Below, in pieces: positions 58,850 to 64,000 of a DNA stretch of 64,000 nt. The DNA comes from Candidatus Latescibacterota bacterium (GTDB taxonomy: Bacteria > Krumholzibacteriota > Krumholzibacteriia > WVZY01). Both the position numbers and the translations under genes were made by a program. Under the pieces are notes generated by a model. That model was not told where the DNA came from and did not search any database. It was given only the letters and a program-made list of their open reading frames with translations. Every line of letters begins with the position of its first letter. The stretch's first letter is position 1. The stretch covers positions 64,001-128,000 of the forward strand of contig CAWBQK010000018.1 in assembly GCA_963791045.1 (NCBI GenBank), given 5' to 3'.

Positions 58850-60697
58850 ATGCGTATCCGCCGTCTGTTTCTTCCCGCCATCTTGCCAGTTGCGATTATT
58901 TCGTTCTTGATTACTCCGTCGCCGGTGGTTTCCGCAGAGGGTGATGCCGCCAAAGTCCGGTCGAGATCGTTGAGCGAGATGCCTTCGGATCCTCCCGCTA
59001 GTTTGAAGGAGATTCGCCTCGAGTCCGCTCCCGCCGCTCCGATTCAATTCGCTTCATTTACCATCACACAGGTGAACGTGGCCGCGGGCGGAGCCAACGT
59101 CCTTTTCGACGCTGCGAACGAACCATCGATCGCCGTCGACCCAACCTTCCCGAACAAGATGGCGATTGGGTGGCGTCAGTTTAACAGTACCTCCTCTAAC
59201 TTTCGCATGGCGGGATGGGCGTACACGGTGGATGGCGGGCGGACGTGGACTTTTCCCGGGGTGCTCGAACCGGGAGTGTTTCGAAGCGATCCGGTGCTCG
59301 GTTTTGATTCGCTGGGAAACTTCTATTACTCGAGCCTTCATGTTGCGAATAGCGTGTTCTCGATCGATTTCTTCAAATCCTGGGATGGCGGAATGACATG
59401 GGGCGAGAAGATCCCCGCGTACGGCGGAGACAAGCAGTGGTTTACGGTTGATCGTACGGGTGGCCAGGGGGACGGGAATATCTATCACGCATGGAGTCAG
59501 GCGGCGGTGCTATGTTGTGACGACAGCACGTTCAACAGATCCGTCGACGGCGGCACTCGGTTTTCGTACCCGCAGGCGATGCCGGCTCTTCCCGTGTGGG
59601 GAACTCTAACCGTCGACCCCGACGGCGCGCTGTACATTGCGGGAACCGATATCGACGATCATTCGCTGTTTTACGTGGTCAAGTCGACCAACGCACAAAA
59701 CGCCTCGATAGCGCCGGTGTTTGATTCCTACACCGTGGTGGATATGGGTGGAAGCCTCTCGGCGCTTACAGGGGGGGCTACTCCCAACCCGGACGGTCTA
59801 CTTGGGCCCGTATGGATCGATGCCGACCATTCGGGTGGACCCTACGACGGGTATATCTACATGCTCGCGTCGGTGACCCCGCCGGGGGATGACCCGCTGG
59901 ACATTCACTTCGTCCGGAGCGTTGACGGCGGTGCAAACTGGAGCACACCCGTTCGTGTCAATGACGATGGCGCGACGAACGCGTGGCAATGGTTCGGAAC
60001 GATGTCCGTTGCGCCAAACGGACGGATCGACGCCATATGGAACGACACGCGAAACACAGGATTGTACCGGCAAAGCCAGCTTTTCTACGCGTACTCGACG
60101 GACGCCGGCGCCACATGGTCGACCAACGAAGCGGCGAGCCCTGTTTTTGACAGCCAGATTGGTTGGCCCAACCAGAACAAGATTGGCGATTACTACGACA
60201 TGGTCTCCGACGATGTCGGAGCGAATCTCGCGTGGGCGGCGACATTCAACGGTGAACAGGATGTGTACTACACGCGGATTGGCGATTACGACTGCAACAC
60301 AAACGGGATCGGCGACGCGATTGACATCGGCGCGGGAACAAGTCTGGATATCGACATGAACGGAATCCCCGACGAGTGCGAGGACTTTGTGACCGCAGCG
60401 TCCCCGGCCGACATGCCGTCGTACGCGCTTTACCAGAACGTTCCCAATCCCTTCAACCCCAGTACGACGATCCGGTTCGATGTGCCTCCGGGCGGCGGCC
60501 ACGTCCGGATTCAGATTTTCGATGTTGGCGGCCGTTTGATGACCACGCTCATTGATCGCGATGAAACCGCCGGGTTGAAAACGGTCGCGTGGAACGGCAA
60601 GGGGAGAGATGGGCACACCGTGCCTTCGGGTCTCTACTTCTATCGGCTCGAAGCGCCCCGCTTTTCCCAGACTCGGAAAATGCTTTTCATAAAATAG
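58850..60697 (+). CDS. Secreted BNR/Asp-box (sialidase-like) beta-propeller protein with FlgD-Ig/CTD
   Basis: Signal peptide; NEPSIAVDP; Asp-boxes TVDGGRTW, SWDGGMTW, SVDGGANW, STDAGATW; IGDY; QNVPNPFNPSTTI...PSGLYFYRL...RKMLFIK. Confidence 0.9.
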   Translation: MRIRRLFLPAILPVAIISFLITPSPVVSAEGDAAKVRSRSLSEMPSDPPASLKEIRLESAPAAPIQFASFTITQVNVAAGGANVLFDAANEPSIAVDPTFPNKMAIGWRQFNSTSSNFRMAGWAYTVDGGRTWTFPGVLEPGVFRSDPVLGFDSLGNFYYSSLHVANSVFSIDFFKSWDGGMTWGEKIPAYGGDKQWFTVDRTGGQGDGNIYHAWSQAAVLCCDDSTFNRSVDGGTRFSYPQAMPALPVWGTLTVDPDGALYIAGTDIDDHSLFYVVKSTNAQNASIAPVFDSYTVVDMGGSLSALTGGATPNPDGLLGPVWIDADHSGGPYDGYIYMLASVTPPGDDPLDIHFVRSVDGGANWSTPVRVNDDGATNAWQWFGTMSVAPNGRIDAIWNDTRNTGLYRQSQLFYAYSTDAGATWSTNEAASPVFDSQIGWPNQNKIGDYYDMVSDDVGANLAWAATFNGEQDVYYTRIGDYDCNTNGIGDAIDIGAGTSLDIDMNGIPDECEDFVTAASPADMPSYALYQNVPNPFNPSTTIRFDVPPGGGHVRIQIFDVGGRLMTTLIDRDETAGLKTVAWNGKGRDGHTVPSGLYFYRLEAPRFSQTRKMLFIK

Positions 60698-60703
60698 AGC
60701 TAT

Positions 60704-60731
60704 GGCCGGGGCCGGCGATCCGGCTCCGGCC
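60704..60731 (+). terminator. GC-rich hairpin just after the stop codon (terminator-like, no U-tract)
   Basis: GGCCGGGGCCGG-cgat-CCGGCTCCGGCC, 12-bp stem with one G-U pair. Confidence 0.45.
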
Positions 60732-61017
60732 CGACACCCCCTCCTGCTGGATGGGAAACTTTTCCGGCAATAATCCCGTAGAAACAGACATGGTGAAACA
60801 CGGGGGCGGATCGTGGTATATCGACGACGCGGCCGACACCTTGTCGCTGGAGTGAGGAGGTGGTATCCTCACCGCCGGGGGAAGACGGAGGTACGGTGGG
60901 TCCGGCCTTTCTCAATCAGCGGTTCCGCGTATTTTCATGTTTTTGCAGTGCTTGAAGTGTGGCCTGTATGGTGTTGCTATATAGGTAGATGTGGGCTTTG
61001 TCGTAAGGAGTGGTGAG

Positions 61018-64000
61018 ATGCAAAGGATTTCCGCACCGTGGCGCCATGTTGTCACGGCTGGGTTGTGCGTGATCGCGTTGGTGTTCATTCTCGGCGTTAT
61101 TGAGACCGCCCAGGCGGCGGACAAACGGCCGCTGATGAGATTTCCCGACGTTCAGGGCGAGACAATCGTATTCGTGCACAGTGAAGATATCTGGTCCGTG
61201 CCCGTGACGGGAGGAGTCGCGACCAGGCTCACGATACACGATGGCGAAGAACGATTTCCGAGGTTTTCGCCCGGGGGCGAGTGGATTGCCTTTACCGGTG
61301 AGTACGATGGGAACGCCGACGTATTCGTGATGAGCGTCCACGGCGGGGACATCACGCGTGTGACATTCAGCCCGTCCTACGACGAAGTCGTCGGGTGGCA
61401 TCCCACCAAGAATAAGATCCTGTTTGCGTCGACACGCAACAGTTTTAACCGGTTCAGACGTTTGTTCCTCATCAGCCCCGATGGCACCGGGCTCGAGGAA
61501 TTGATAATGCACGAGGCGGTACAGGGAAGCTACTCGCCCGACGCGACCAAGATTGCATACAACAGGGAGACACGTGAATTCAGGACGTGGAAACGCTACA
61601 AAGGTGGCGACGTGCAGAATATCCACGTGTTCGATTTCTCGAAAAACGAGGATAGCGAAGGTGGCCAGTTTCGAAGGCACCGACCGTTTACCGATGTGGA
61701 TCGGTGACAAAATCTTTTTTACGTCGGACAGGGATCGTGTCCTCAATATTTATTCGTACGATACAAACACCGGCGACGTGGAGCAGGTTACTCGGCACAA
61801 GGAATACGATGTCCGCCGGCCGAGCGACGGCGGCGGCAAGATCGTTTACGAACTCGGGGGATCGCTGTGGCTGCTCGATACGGCGACGGGAAACTCCGCG
61901 GAGGTTCCGGTTGAGATCCTTGCCGATTCGCCGGAGGTTCGACCCTATATCAAATCCGTCGAAGACTATGTCACGGGATTTGACTGCTCGCCATCGGGTA
62001 AGCGGGCCGTTGTGACGGCTCGCGGCGAGGTGTTCACCGTGCCGGCAAAAGACGGACCGACGCGCAATCTCACGCAGGACGCGGGAGCCCGCGATAAAAA
62101 CGCCGTGTGGTCGCCCGACGGCAAAACCATTGCCTATATATCGGACACAAACGGCGAGTACAACATATATACGATAGATTCAAAAGGCGCCGGTGATGCT
62201 GTAAGACTCACAAACTTCAAAGACGGCTATCGGCACACGCCTCGCTGGTCGCCGGACAGCAAGAAAATCGCGTTCGCCGATCAGACTCTGCGCTGCTATT
62301 ACATCGATGTTGAAAGCAAAAAAGTGGTTGAGATCGACAAGGCGGACTTCGAAAACATCGACGTCTCTCTCGACGTCAAACCCATCTATGATTACGCATG
62401 GTCGCCGGACAGCCGTTTTGTCGCGTATTCAAAAATGGACGAGGATCTCGTATTCAAGGTTTACATGTATTCCCTGGATACGGGGAATATCCACTGCGTC
62501 AGCAGAGGGATCTTTAATGATTTCAATCCCGCGTTTTCGGCGGACGGAAAACACCTCTTGTTTGTGTCGAACAGGCGTTTTGACCCGACGCTGTGTGACT
62601 TCGAATGGGAGATGGTTTACAAGAACGTCGCCGGTGTCTATGCGCTGACGCTCGAGAAGGACGGGGCTCCGCTCCTGCCGTTCGAAAGCGACGAGGAAGC
62701 CATCGAGGTGGAAGAGGCTTCGGACAAGAAAGACGAGGGCGATGAAGAGGTCAAGGTTGTCATCGATTTCGAAGGTGTAGAGGAGAGAATCGAACATCTG
62801 CCGTTTGCGCGCGGCAACTTCCGCTATCTAAACGCGACGGAAAAAGCGATTTTCTATCTCAACAAGGATCAGGGCGATTTTAACCGGTTCGAATTCCGCA
62901 GCAGCGGCCCGATGGATCTGCATCGGTTCTCGCTCGAAGATCGTGAAGACGCGACCGTGATCAAAGCGATAGACGGGTATCGGCTCTCGGCGGATGGCAA
63001 AAAGATCGTCTACCGGCAGGGAAACTCGGTAGGAATTATCGACGCTTCGGCGACGGATTCCCCAGGGAAATCCCTGGATCTTTCGGACATGAAGATGAAC
63101 TTCGATCCGCTGGCCGAGTGGACGCAGATATTCAATGAAGCCTGGCGATGGAAAGGGATTTCTATTACGACCCGAATATGCACGGCCTGGACTGGGACGC
63201 GTTGAAGGAGAAGTACGGGGTTCTTATCCCGTATCGCCTCGTGCCGGCAGGACATTCGTTTTATCATCGGCGAGTTGATCGGCGAGCTCAACACGTCGCA
63301 CACGTATGTTTATGGAGGTGACAGGCAGCGGCGCGCGCACCGAGTCAACGTCGGTATGCTCGGCGTCGACTGGAAGTGGATTCAAAGGCCAACAGTATCG
63401 GTTCGAGAAGATCTATCGTGTCACCGATTGGACGAGGGAGATTCTTCCGCCGCTCGCTCGCCCCGGAGTGCGTGTCAAGGCGGGGGATTATCTCATCAGG
63501 TCAACGGACAGGAAGTCACGGCCGACCGGAATATCTACAGTTATTTCCAGGGCCTTGCCGGCAAACAGGTCACGATTGTCGTCAACGACAAGCCGAACGA
63601 CAAGGGCGCGCGGGAATACACCGTCGAACCGATCAGGGGCGAGTACACGCTTCGTTATCTCGATTGGGTCGAGCACAACCGCAAGGTGTGCGCGGAAGCA
63701 TCCAACGGTGAGATCGGCTACATTCATCTGCCCGATACATATCTCGGGTCGGCACGCGAATTTCCCGAAGTATTTTTATTCGCAGACTTAGAAAGAAGGG
63801 AATCATCGTCGACGGTCGTTTCAATGGCGGCGGACTCGATCCCGACATCTTTCTCCAGCGTCTCGACAAACCGATCCTCGCTTACTGGACGAGGCGGTAC
63901 TCGCACGATCAGACCAACCCCGCCATCGCGACGCGCGCGCACCTCGTCTGTCTGACCAACCGTCAGGCGGGTTCGGGCGGCGACATGCTTCCGATGGAGT
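61018..64000 (+). CDS. Tricorn protease (S41B), exported, runs off the right edge; about 8 single-base indels (probable sequencing errors, possibly a pseudogene)
   Basis: LMRFPD, WKRYKGG, PD40 blades, EAWRMERDFYYDPNMHGLDW, GELNTSH (catalytic His), IGYIHLPD, DGRFNGGG, AGSGGD (catalytic Ser, 63967-84), recovered by switching frames. Confidence 0.9.

Overview
Chromosomal DNA from a GC-rich diderm bacterium. Four secreted proteins ending in a PNPxN...GxY C-terminal sorting/FlgD-Ig domain, plus Hanks kinases and a Tad pilus, suggest an FCB-related candidate phylum such as Krumholzibacteriota or Latescibacterota (inference only). 0.1-19 kb is a minus-strand run of secreted proteins. It holds a signal-peptide TPR-CHAT (caspase-like) protease, a small stand-alone TIMP/NTR-like OB-fold protein and a ~3,700-aa matrixin-containing giant split by one frameshift. 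The giant has beta-propellers inserted inside CARDB domains, and a 1,256-aa repeat protein follows it. 19.6-31 kb holds three Ser/Thr receptor kinases, an FHA-GAF-PP2C phosphatase and an oxidoreductase. 31-48 kb holds patatin, an exported M16B peptidase pair, a tandem lamin-tail-like protein, polyferredoxin, phosphomannomutase, a degenerate secreted PEP-synthase-like protein, a VOC protein, a Thr-type sulfatase and a membrane-TPR protein. 47.6-58.7 kb is a Flp/Tad pilus locus with two sigma-54 promoters, two pilins and an unannotated 38-aa membrane peptide. The window ends with a BNR-repeat secreted protein and a tricorn protease carrying about 8 indels, probably sequencing errors. No rRNA, tRNA, CRISPR array or transposase was seen. 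The best candidate for an undescribed system is the CHAT / TIMP-like / giant-matrixin module, divergent from a TPR receptor kinase across a spacer carrying two FNR-like boxes.
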